Positions 13,189 to 24,773 of a stretch of DNA of 64,000 nt are shown here, one piece after another. Made by a program: the position numbers and the translations under genes. Position 1 is the first letter of the stretch. The number at the start of each line of letters is the position of its first letter. This stretch comes from Amphiscolops sp. MND2022 (Eukaryota), in the NCBI GenBank assembly GCA_964187785.1, contig OZ076409.1, positions 86,554,001-86,618,000 on the forward strand, read 5' to 3'. The notes beneath the pieces are model-generated. The model saw only the letters and a program-made list of their open reading frames with translations, searched no databases and was not told where the DNA came from.

Positions 13189-13934
13189 TAATTAATATTG
13201 GCTTTCCGCATTTTTCATGAATAATTATAAGAATGATTTGTTACAATCTTTTGTCCTCAAAGGTATACAATTAAGAGTAGGTGGGGATATGGCTTCTAAA
13301 GAACGACCTTCATTCTTGTTCACCAGTTCCTCCTCTATGTTTTCCAACTACTCGCCTAGGTCGTCTAACTGAAGCATGAAAAAAGCTTAGTTTCGAACGC
13401 CTTTAAAATGAGTAGGTTTTCATATTTTGATGAAAAGCTTTTCACCCTGTTGTCTCTATTAGTAGCTTGTCTGAGACCCAGCAACTGAACCCCCCACTTC
13501 TCATTGAGATACGTCTACTATTCAGTAGGTAAGTTGGAATGTTGTAAAAGACGTAAATGTGACTTTTTTTTACCACAGCTAATTGCCCTCTCACTTGGTT
13601 AACCAATTTTGATTGGCTACTCCAAGTCTTGATATAGTTAATTTTATTCTCGCAGCAGCGACGGAGCGCTTTACTTTATAGAGATGAAGCGAACTAGTGT
13701 TAATCATCCGTATACTGAGAGCACCGAAGTCACATACAATTTCGAAACATCATATACGCTTAGTAATTGTCTTTTGAGTGAGCCCTGAGGTCTGGCGATA
13801 AAAAACTAGCCACTGTAAAAGTTGGACACTTTTTGTCAAAAGCGCGACCAAAACCACCCCCGAAAATTGTTATGTAGTTTGTAAAGAAACGTCAGAAAGT
13901 CCTCCAGATAACAACATAAATTGGAATTATACCA

Positions 13935-14265
13935 AGGACATCTATCATGAAGTTGGTTATGAAGGCTGTAAATGACCATCATCGCTCATTCTTGGCGTTC
14001 ATGGCTTTTTGATGGCATTACATTTTGAATCATGGTTAACTATTCATGGTATTTTTCATTGCATTCGAATCATGGTTATTCATCCTAGATGATTTTCTTT
14101 AATTTCGAATCATGGCTTTTCATCCATGATCTTCCACTGATCATGGATATTTGTCCATGATCATGCAATGATTCTTCGGCATGACGTACCCATGAATCAT
14201 GAATGAATCAAGGATAACAAGCTTGACATGAGGGTGAATCGTCGTGGAAATCATGACGAACATAA
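13935..14265. repeat. Low-complexity ATCATG/CATGG short-repeat cluster, probably subterminal repeats of a DNA transposon fragment
   Basis: Many copies of (GA)ATCATGG / TCATGA in both orientations. Confidence 0.45.
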
Positions 14266-14905
14266 CACACAAGTCGACCTCCTCCAAATAAATTATATCT
14301 TTTTCCACATAAATTTTAACATATATTCAAAACAAAAGAGGAGCTCGATCACTTAACACTTTTTCAATATTCAACTTTTGGAGGCGTTAATCAGAATTGA
14401 CACTTCGATGAAAATGACACTCTGCCCTGGTTGAAAGAAAATGCGTTCCTTGCAAGGATCTTGCAAGATCCTTGTAAAAATGCAATTACTTGTAAGATCT
14501 TGCAAGGAAATTTGTTCCTTGCAAGATCTTGCAAGGAAATTTGTTTCTTGCAAGATCTTGCAAGGTAATTTTTTCCTTGCAAGATTTTTCAGAAATGTTG
14601 ATAACTTGCATGATTTTCCAAAAAAAACACGAAACCATGGAAGTGTAAAGAACAAAAAACAAAAATTCTAAATTGTCAAAGTTTCAAACTTTTGTTCTCG
14701 TGCGTGTCACTTTCCAGAAAACAAGAAATACAAGCCAAATGGGTACAAACTACGGTCTAAGGAATAAGATCGAAACGCACTTCTGTAACTAAGATCTAAA
14801 GAACTACGATCTAAATGTCATTTTTCGTAACTAAGATCTAGAGAATGCCAGCTCCTGAAAATCCAAAACTATGAAGAGATATAAAGTATAAAATGTGTCT
14901 CGGAT

Positions 14906-15154
14906 ATGTCCCCATTTCCTCTAGTGCCCCGAAAAAACACGACAGACGAGATTGTCGTACATGTCCCTTCTGAAGATGAAATGAAAATGTTATCAGAAAT
15001 GTTCCCTTCGGTTGAATCTGAAGCCATTAAAAGTGTGATTGAAGCAAACGACGGAAATATGGAACGCAGCATCAATTCTTTGCTTTCTATTTCTGTCTCC
15101 GAACCACCACCTCCCGTTGTCGAGGAAAGTGAAGATGATAATGAGAAATTGTAG
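14906..15154 (+). CDS. 82-aa CUE-domain (ubiquitin-binding, Tollip C-terminus-like) protein
   Basis: PSEDEMKMLSEMFPSVESEAIKSVIEANDGNMERSINSLLSI has the CUE MFP motif and the C-terminal INSLL dileucine motif. TATAAA at 14880 and 14887; AATAAA at 15159. Confidence 0.7.
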   Translation: MSPFPLVPRKNTTDEIVVHVPSEDEMKMLSEMFPSVESEAIKSVIEANDGNMERSINSLLSISVSEPPPPVVEESEDDNEKL

Positions 15155-15720
15155 ATTTAATAAACAGCAGTACAGGTCACAATTTTCTGTGAAAAATTAA
15201 ATTTTCATTTTTAGATACCGAAAGCATGTTTTTGAAAATTTACTGAGATTTGATATTGTTGATAATTCGCATTTGTCCGCTCCTCCTTTGTTGAATAATA
15301 ACTGAAAAACTTCAATTTAATTTATCTTTGGTTATTTTCCCATTATTGAACAGGTAGTAGACAGGATAATGGATGAAATAAGTGTTCATACCACTCATCC
15401 ATCAATTTACTCGGATCATGGTGACGTTCTTGTCTCTTCGATATTCGGATTTTTGCCCAGCTTTGGTTTCTTGCCATGTGTACACGCGGTTCCTTTTCAA
15501 GTGTATTCTTGTTATGTTGATTATGCGCGACACTTTTTCGGTAGCCAAGGTCTTCACGTGAGTGAAAAGTTTTCATTAGTTTTTTCATTAGTTCATTAGT
15601 ACTTGAAATCAAGTTTGTTTGTGTCGCTGCGTTAAATTATTTCATTCATTCCTGTGTCAATGCTCAATCAAGATTATCATTGGACCATGTGATCTATTTC
15701 CCCCCCAAACTGCCCCATCC

Positions 15721-16676
15721 AAAAACTAGTTCTCATGGTCTTATCAGTTTTATGATTCATCGAGTTTAGTCTATCTGATGACAGATCCGAATTGTTTTCA
15801 TAAACCAACCCTAATGCCATAGTTTCTGCAGAAATTGTGCTTTTTCGAGATCATTTTTATTGTTGTCGCGTGTTATTTCGTTAGTTTTTCAATTCAAAAA
15901 CCAGTTCTTATGGTCTGATCAGTTTTATCATTCATCGAGTTTAGTCTATCTGACGACAGATCCGAATTGTTTTCATAAACCAACCCTAATGCCATAGTTT
16001 CTGCAGAAATTGTGCTTATTCGAGATCATTTTTATTAATGTCGCGTGTTACTTTGTTAGTTTTTCAATCCAAAAACTAGTTCTCATGGTCTTATCAGTTT
16101 TATGATTCATCGAGTTTAGTCTATCTGATGACAGATCCGATTTGTTTTCATAAACCAATCCTAATGCCAAAGTTTCTGCAGAAATTGTGCTTTTTCGAGA
16201 TCATTTTTATTGTTGTCGCGTGTTATTTCGTTAGTTTTTCAATTCAAAAACCAGTTCTTATGGTCTGATCAGTTTTATCATTCATCGAGTTTAGTCTATC
16301 TGACGACAGATCCGAATTGTTTTCATAAACCAATCCTAATGCCATAGTTTCTGCAGAAATTGTGCTTATTCGAGATCATTTTTATTGTTGTCGCGTGTTA
16401 TTTCGTTAGTTTTTCATTTCAAAAATCAATTCTTATGGTCTGATCAGTTTTATGATTCATCGAGTTTAGTCTATCTGATGACAGATCCGAATTGTTTTCA
16501 TAAACCAATCCTAATGCCAAAGTTTCTGCAGAAATTGTGCTTTTTCGAGATCATTTTTATTGTTGTCGCGTGTTTTTTTGTTAGTTTTTCAGTTCAAAAA
16601 CCAGTTCTTATGGTCTGATCAGTTTTATGATTCATCGAGTTTAGTCTATCTGACGACAGATCCGAATTGTTTTCAT
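15721..16676. repeat. Tandem array of 175-bp units, about 5.5 copies, high identity
   Basis: Unit starts near 15721, 15897, 16071, 16247, 16421 and 16597 (AAAAC[T/C]AGTTCT[C/T]ATGGTCT...GATCCGAATTGTTTTCATAAACC). Confidence 0.95.
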
Positions 16677-19318
16677 TAATTTTACACATTTTCTCTGATT
16701 CTACATTTCTTCTTTTCTGAGACCCGCAGGAGGCCACGTTCTTGTCGTGGGTCTCGTCAAGTGCGATACTATGTATCTCACGAGCTGAGTGCCTCCCTAA
16801 AAATACAGCATAAGGACTTCGGCAAGCAATTACTGTGAACTCTGTTGACAGGTAGCTGCCATTTCCGACTTTCTTACTATATTTTTTATACATGGTTATA
16901 CTGTGATCTTAGTATCGTAAGTATGTTTTGACAACCCAATTAATTTTCCAATGAATTTTTTTCCTTGCCAGAATCTTTCAAGGAAACACTATTCCTTGCA
17001 AGAATCTTCCAACGAATTTTTTTTCCTTGCAAGAATCTTTCAAGGAAACAGTATTCCTTGCAAGAATCTTTCAAGGAAATAGTATTCCTTGCAAGAATCT
17101 TACAAGGAAATTTATTCCTTGCAAGATTCTTGCAAGATGTCTTGCAGAAAAATGCATTATCTTGCAAGACCTTGAAAGAAAATCTTGCAAGATCCTTGCA
17201 AGGAACGCATTTTTTTTCAACCAGGGTGGGTACTGCTGATGTGCTGCTCGTATAACTTTTGACAGAACAGTTTTCTTAGTTTCGTAAGACTTACTTTTTT
17301 CCTACATTTATTCTTTTGAAAAACGATTTGTTCTATTTTGACTTTGAAATTTGAATGAAAAAAATAATTGAATTAAAAAATAGGCATTTTCAAGGGTATA
17401 TCAACAAAAACTAGCTATTTTCACTACTGAAAATTACCAAAAAAAATCACTGAATAAGTGTTTGCAATGGAAAACTTTGTCATAAAAGAAAAATTAGCTA
17501 ACCTCCATGGTAGTAATACCTAAAATTAAAATTTGAAAAAAATCAATCCACCGAATGGGTTTAAGTGAAAACACAGATGTTGGTTCAATTTTGAACAGTT
17601 CAAAACAATGGATGAAGTAAACAGTTGTGAACAGTTGAAACTATTACTTTTGAAAAATGAGCAAAAGGACAGTGTGAATGTGGACGCTATAAAAACAACT
17701 AAAATGTACGTTATTTTGTCTTCCTGTGACATAGTGGTTAGAGCAAAGACTAAATATTAGGACCTAGAATGAGTGTTCGAGGTTCACTTCTAACCAACGT
17801 CTCCCAGGCTTGGTAATATTATACTATGTCAATGGAGATCTTTACTTGCCGATTGAAAACCTGGCTGTGATGAAACTTTTAAAAAACCCTATACGTAAGA
17901 TGAAATTTAAAAACACTATGCTTGTGATGAAGCTTGATACGAAACATTCCAAAGTGATTGAAAGATTACTGGTGTGTAAACTTAAAAATAAACATTACTT
18001 AGTGTTTGAAGATTACTGGTGATGCTCATGATTTTAAATGAAACATGAAAACAAGTCTATATTTCCACATGTTTGAAGACCAACTTACTACAACATAATA
18101 CATGGTAGAGTATGATTTACTGATATGGGAAAACTGTTTACAGAAACACATCAAACACGAAAGATGTAGGTAATTAAAAGTTACACACATATGAGGTTTA
18201 TCTATACCATAAACCTAATAATCAGCACCTGTCAAGACATGTGTAATGAATTGGGTTTTCCCAAATTTCTCGAAACTGTTTGATTCTACCTGGAACAGTC
18301 AGAAGATCAAAGTTGTTGACAACAAGATGTTGAGATCAAAGTTTTCTGTAACTCGAACCCAGCAATCAGCAGCTGCAAAACATGCGCAGAATTGAGTTTT
18401 TTCTCAGAAATAGTTGGAAAAGAACCAGTAACGATTGTAAATTAAGTACACTCTCATATCTGATCTTTCTAATTGAATACTCAGGTTGTGTGACCCGAAC
18501 AGGCAGGTTTTGAAATCAGGTTTGACCTTCAAAAATTAGAGATCAAAGGAACATGCTCACACGTTAGTTTTAGCGTTATGACTCATAAGGACAAAACTCA
18601 AGGTCATCAGAAAACAATCTGCTCATTAAGTTGCAGCTCGTTACTAAAAACCCACTGATTACCAGGCGTTGAAACAAATGTGAAAATGGGTTTTTCTCAA
18701 ATTTCTACAAACTGATTCTTCCTACTATATCAACACAGAAAATAAAAGTTATAGACACCACCCATACACACGTTTTTTTTGTTTTGACCGTTTTTTCCAG
18801 TACTCGAGTATAAAAACAGGTGTGAAGCTGTGGTATTCTTCCTTTTTCTCATGACTGTTTAGTCCTACTTTGCAACCTTAGGAGAGCAAAAGTGTAGACA
18901 TCTAATTTGTGAACAAGTTTTGTCTTTGACAAAATTTGATATCTTCATATGTGGACCCCAAGGTGAGAAAGAGGAAGCATGTGTGAATTGTTGTTTTTGC
19001 TGTTTGGCATTGAAATAGTTTGTTATTTTCTGGCCACATAAATGGGGGAGGAAAATCGTGATCTGTGTGCGTAGTTGTTTACAAACTCAGCCAATTTTTT
19101 ACAATCTGATGCTTATTAAAGCTGCCTTTTGGCTGTATCTGAACTTGTATTCAAATTGAAAGGTGTCACCGACAGAATTCAACTCACATAATATTTGCTT
19201 CGTGCGATATGTGTTTGTAAAGATTTTCGTACTTTTTTGGGAATGACCAAAATGACCCCGAAAAAAAACAAAAATGCCAAAATTGCCTGTTTTTTTAATG
19301 CAATATTTTTCACTGTTT

Positions 19319-21177
19319 TGTTGGAGCTTAGGTTACTTGTGAAGTTATTTTTGACTAATTCTTGAGCATTTTCATTATGCTCAATTCTAATACTCGGACG
19401 AAGTGCTGGACAGGTTATCTACTTTGGAGGATAGATAGTCAATCTCTCTAGATATTCAGTCTCAAAATCTCTCTTGGCCTTCAGCATCTCGCAAACGTTT
19501 AGAGATTTTGCTTTCGATCTTGCTCGAGATGTCTTCAAAATCCCGTTCTGCCCGCTGGATATTCTCATCGTCAGATAAGCTCGCTACTTATACATCTGTG
19601 TGGCTACTCAAGGGATCATTCCTAAGTTTAGGCTTGTGAGTGTTTTCTGACAAACTTTGAGAAGAAGACAATTCCAGGTAACAGTTAATTATACAATTGA
19701 TTCTTTAAAACCTGGAAACAATTCAGTCTGACAACTGGTAAAATATAAGTTCAAACAAAAGTGTTACAAACAAGTGAACGGAGTCGATCGAAATTGGAAA
19801 TCCAAAGCAAGGAAAAGTCAGATTTATCAATAAAAGCACTTAAAAAATTCGGGTTTGCTTGGGAATTGAAAATAAAACTTTGTCTTTTCCTAATCCCGGT
19901 CCAGGTATAAAAACTTTACGCAAGACACGCGGGAAAAACCCCGCGCGTGGGTTCACACCTTGTTCCATTCGGCGTACTTTCCAAAGCGGTAAATCGAAAT
20001 AAGGTAAGCTTCCTCGGACTCGGTATTCGGCTTCATGTCACTTTTGAGGAAAAATGGGAATCAACTTGCTGCCGCTGCTTTCCAATTCCGCGTCCCTTTC
20101 TTCTTCATTCCCCGCCTTTTCAAGACACCGAAATCAAAGTTGGCACTTCATGAACCTAGCTTTCGGAGTGGGAATGAGAAATTATATTTTCCTTGACAAA
20201 AATGGGGTTTTACAACAAAATGAATTACAGAATTCAACTCAAAAAAGTGATTACCAATTAAATAAACTTCAAACATCACCATTAGTTCGAACAATTAAAA
20301 ATTCGGTTGAGATTAGCAAGATAAATTCTGGTCGTAAGCCGGGCGTTCATACGTGATTGACAAAATTTGGACAGTTGACTAGAGTGATGACTCAAACTAT
20401 TGGTGGTTTGAAAAACTACAATAAACAATAATAAGCACCAGATACGGGCTAAATTACTTCCCGAAGTTGATAACTCAACTGATTACATGAAAAGTTCAAC
20501 TCAAACCCGAGCGAAAGCTAAATTATTCAGCAATTACTTGTTGGTCACCCTGGTGGTTGACTCGGATTGAATTTCGAATTCCATCAACTTACATGACCAT
20601 TTTATAATGGAATAATATGAATGAGTTCGGTTTAGCACAACAATACACAATATGTGGGATGGTAGATGGTTAATAACACACTGGTGCTTTCGTCTAATCA
20701 TTCCATCTAATGGGTAGCCCCGGCTGTCGACCTAGCTTGATAATTTTGGCCAATTGCCCAGGCGGACGACCCAATATAAAATTATTGAATATATCCTTAT
20801 AGCATAGAATCACTACTAATCATGTTCCTTCAGTTTACCTTTGACATTTCCTTTGACTGTAAGCGTCTTTTAGGCTCTGTAATGCTTTTAAACTTACATT
20901 TAGCTTTGTTTGGTTACCTTCGCTTTTAGGATATTTCAGTCGAGCGACTAAGAGTGCATCCCAGCTTTGCTCAGTTGGTATGCTGCTTGGGAGGTTGCAT
21001 CGTAGTATTAAGTGTGATTGCGCTCGACGCTGATTGGTTGATACATTGTTTGCTGATTGCTTTCTTTAAGGTTTCATGGTGATTTGTTAGTTTCTCTTTG
21101 GTCATCTTCTCCATTTCTTCCTTAGGCGTTCCTTCCATCTAAGTTTAGCGTCTCGCAGCACTGTAGGGGCTGCGACA
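19319..21177 (-). repeat. 3' LTR (about 1.86 kb)
   Basis: Plus strand TGTTGGAGCTTAGG...GGGGCTGCGACA; homologous to 30578-32134. Confidence 0.85.
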
Positions 21178-21750
21178 GTCCCCGGCGTTCTTGAGGGACG
21201 TCCACAAGGGCAGGAAGTGGAGAAATTGTCCTGAAGGGTGATGATATAGGTTGGCAAAAAACAGATTGCATCCGTGAATCATAGGACTTCCAGGGTGAGG
21301 AGGTTGTTCATTGTTGCCTGAAAAACAACCAATTGAGCTAGAATTGCTAGAGACTGGGCTAATTGTTCCGTCATTAGGGCTGAATAGCCAGCTAGCCATG
21401 TGTTCGTAATTTCGGGCCGGGCTCTTAAATGTATCGTCTGGGATCACTGAATTATGTAATGTAAAGCAACGAATGGTCAGCTGCTCTTCTTGTGCTGTGT
21501 GTAGAGGCGATACGTTTGCTACATCATGGTGTAACACAATGTGACCTTCGTCCGTCTTGACGACTTCGTAAAGATATTTAACTACTGATTGTTGTTCTGC
21601 GTCCTTAGTCTTTGGCGTTGATTGAGCTTGGGGTAATTGTAGGCAGTCGTCTTGGTCGCGATCTAATAGGAAACAATCTTTAGATAAATCGAATTCTGCT
21701 GACAGTATTCTTTTTTTCTCATTGAAGTGAGTGATAAAATTATTTGTGGT
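21145..21750 (-). CDS. Extra sense ORF of unknown function immediately upstream of the 3' LTR and running into it
   Basis: Stop-free frame of about 200 codons (NNFITHFNEKKRILSAEFDLSKDCFLLD...YLYEVVKTDEGHIVLHHDV...LYHHPSGQFLHFLPLW); no clear ATG. Confidence 0.4.
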   Translation of the reverse strand, partial: TTNNFITHFNEKKRILSAEFDLSKDCFLLDRDQDDCLQLPQAQSTPKTKDAEQQSVVKYLYEVVKTDEGHIVLHHDVANVSPLHTAQEEQLTIRCFTLHNSVIPDDTFKSPARNYEHMASWLFSPNDGTISPVSSNSSSIGCFSGNNEQPPHPGSPMIHGCNLFFANLYHHPSGQFLHFLPLWTSLKNAGDCRSPYSAARR

Positions 21751-21971
21751 GGATTAAGTGACTACTCAAGGAGTAGCTAACCAGTGAAGTGATGATTCCT
21801 ATTCCTTTAATCTTGTTCACGCTGTTTGCGTGTTTGGGAAAGTGTTCAGCTGGCAGACTGAATGACTTCCATTACGTCATAATAATAGTAGTATTCGGTA
21901 ATTATTTTTTCATTGGTTTTATCTTCTTTTGGCTTCACTTGATGGTACCTTTCAGATTGCTTTGTTGAGAA

Positions 21972-24773
21972 ATGACTGATTCCACGGACGAGGATGCTGT
22001 CTGCTTCGTTCGGTCGCAGCAAATTGGGAAAACTGAGAGCAAGGGCGAGTCTCTGGGAAGTAAAGGAGTCTGTGTGGGAGCGGAAAATGTGGAGGAAGGA
22101 GTGGATAGAGCAGCAAATATCACGATGGAAGAAAGAGCGGTCGGTCGTATATGTGATGAGATGCGTGCTGGGGGTGATTCAGCGATTGAGGGTTGTTTGG
22201 AGATTGTGGAGGAAACGAGCGAGACTCAGTGTGAGGGTGTAGTGGGCGATGTGGCAGAGCCCAGTGCCAGTGATTCACCTGAGCATGGATCTCAACCAAT
22301 TCGGAAAGTTGCTGGTTTCGGCGAGGTTGATACGGACGACAGTGCTGATGACAATCGTAGTGAAGGTTCTGGCGCTGCTTCCCTAGACAAGGATGGGACT
22401 TGTAGTGACGACGATGCCTTATCCGTCCATTCTTCCGGCAGTGATGCACGACATGATCTGGATTATCTACATGACCAATCAGGTGGGTTGCACAACTATT
22501 TGTTAATGACCAGTTAACAGTTTTTATGCTATTATGCAGACGCACCATTTCTTCTACCTTTGTTTCCACAGGGCTTTCTGATGATCCAAGTGATGGGGAT
22601 TTCACCCCTTCATAAGCCACTGGCAATCTCTGGCCACGTCGCAGTAAGCGGCTGCTGTCAGCTGTGCAAAGTGGTTCCTCAGACAGGGTCTGTGTTGATG
22701 TTTTAAGTTCTGAGGACAGCCCTGGCTTTGGGTTTTCTGGCTTCCTGAGTGGAACCGATGAAGGTAGAAATTTCATTTGTTGGTTCAGTGGTTGTTGTCC
22801 AGACCTGTGTTGGTATTACCGGTTGTTTTCAGTTCAGACCCCTATTCCGCAACAAGGGGACGTCTTCGATGTTCTGGGTCATTTGTCCAGTGAATCGCCG
22901 GGTGTTTCCCCGCGACGTTGGTGGGAGGGTTGTTCGAACCAGTTCCTAGCCAATATTCTTGTTGAGTCGACTTAAGCGCAGGCCACCTGGAGTAAGACGG
23001 AATCGCTCGTGATAGTCAGCCAAACTCCGTATCCCCGTGTTCTTCGTCGGGTCCAATCCTGGTTTAAGGATTCCTTTTTCAGTTTTTTGTTTCGTGAGGA
23101 GGATAGAGGAATTTGTTGCATTATCCCATGTCAAGTTGGTGACCACGTCCGGGAGGTGTGCCTCCTGTGGGAGCCCTATTGTGCGGGCATCTGTGACGTT
23201 GATATTCCTTGTTTGTCACGTGTCCTGTCAGTGTTCACTGGTCCTCAATCTCCAGTCTTCAGTGAGTGGTGCCGATTGCATGAGCGGCCTGTGCCTTTTT
23301 TGTTGTTGAATATTGGTCTTCTGTCTTCAAGGATCACGTGCAAGAAGCGGGCATGGTAGGTGCTCATTCTTCGGACCCTTTTGCGGTTTTGGACTTTCTG
23401 GTGTTGCTGTTCAGTAAGGATGTTCATCAGCCCTGGGGTCTCGTGGAATTTCGTCAGTGTGGAATTTCGTCAGCTCTGGGAGGGTTTTTCCACTGCTCTG
23501 GGGACCGTCTTAGAAGAGTTAATTGATCACTGGGAAGATGTCAAGCTCTTTTTCAGGGAAAGTGGGACTACCCCGACTCCTCGAGGAGGGACTCTTGTTG
23601 ACCTGGGGCAAGTGAATGTTTCAGACACCTATGTTTTGCCGCGCCCGAGGCTGCTGCATGTGCTTGTGTCATGTTTCCAGTCGAATTTCGAGAAGCATGC
23701 AGATGAGACTGTGACCGACTATAGTTGTCGGAACCACGCTGAATTTTGCTTCTTCTACTGGAGCCTATTGGGAAGGTGAAGAAATTGTCCGACCTAACAG
23801 TTATCGAGGGCTGGAGTGAATACATCTGTCGACAGTTGGCGACGTGGTCGATTCTGTCTTATGTTGATTGCCTGAGAAGTGAGCCAATAGTTGTCAAAGA
23901 GCTCGGACGTTGTAGTGGTGCTGTTAAACACAGCTTCCTTCGAGCGTGTCAAGGCTTCTTAATTTTATTCTTTAATGTGTTGAATACGTCACCATATTCT
24001 ACTTATCGTCTGGCTTCTCTAGCCTCAGTTGCTTCTCCCCAGACATGTTCCTTCAAGGAGAGGAAGCTTACGCCGTTACCTTATTTCGTGATCTGGGGTC
24101 CTGTCTGCAGACTTGTGGTCAGTTGTCTTCTGTGGAAGCAGAGGGTGCCAGTAACGAATTTAAACCTCTGTTGGTGGATTTGCAGCGGCGACATCAGCGA
24201 GTGATTTCGACCAACATGGACAGTTTCTGCTTCCTTCGACAGAGTGGATTGTTGGCGAGCCGGGAGCATTCAAAGTTTGCCAAAGGTGACCACTCTAGTT
24301 TCAGTAGGAATCGTACCGCGAATCATTCGATATCCGAGGGTGGAAATCTCTCTCAGTGGGTCTGAGGTCGCTGAGAGGGACCTGATTTCATCCTTTCGAG
24401 CAGTTCAGTCCTATGTGTCAGATGGTGGTTTCAGGCTCAGGAGAGTTTTTTGACAAAGGATTGTCTTGATGAATTGAAAACGAATTTGACAGTGGGACAT
24501 GTTTTTATGTCCAGTTTTTCGTTTGCTCCTTGGCGCTCATTGTATCTTCGCTCTTGACAAGACTTGTATCGGGATCCACGTGATCGTTTCAACGACTACT
24601 ACAGGGAGCGAGTGTCGGACTGTCGCCGGCGTGCAGGACTGGGTGTGTTTTCTGTCACTTCACCCACTAGCAAGTCGCCGGCTGTCGGAGATGTCGAAGT
24701 TGCTTCGGAGGTTGGGGCTCCTGTTTCTCAGGAGTCTTCCAGTGGTGTTCCGGCATCAAGTGCTCCTGCTTAA
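21972..24773 (+). pseudogene. Long antisense accessory ORF of the Gypsy element (about 930 codons, frameshifted), hAT-transposase-like in its C-terminal half
   Basis: Chain of overlapping plus-strand ORF pieces (21972, 22664/22749, 23037, 23360, 23746, 24045, 24244, 24564). Acidic N-terminus, Cys-rich middle and amphipathic helical C-terminus. Confidence 0.55.

Larger units (their letters stand above)
14425..17226. mobile_element. Non-autonomous TIR DNA transposon, CACTA/CMC-like (CCC...GGG termini, 2-bp TG TSD)
   Basis: Left CCCTGGTTGAAAGAAAATGCGTTCCTTGCAAGGATCTTGCAAG; the right end is its reverse complement (CTTGCAAGATCCTTGCAAGGAACGCATTTTTTTTCAACCAGGG). Both ends have CTTGCAAG subterminal arrays (14425-14590, 16960-17226). 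Flanked by TG on each side. Confidence 0.75.

Noticed and set aside
14371..14671. Repetitive ORFs LQDLARK/SCKILQ (also 16940-17255)
   Set aside because: Translation artefacts of the palindromic CTTGCAAG subterminal repeats.
15721..16676. CRISPR-like regular repeat
   Set aside because: Whole units repeat with no unique spacers; eukaryotic context; no cas genes.
17728..17808. tRNA-like TAGTGGTTAGAGC...GTTCGAGGTTC
   Set aside because: Too degenerate; no consistent cloverleaf or proper B box.
22120..22776. 218-aa minus-strand ORF as env
   Set aside because: No envelope features; likely the shadow of the plus-strand antisense ORF.
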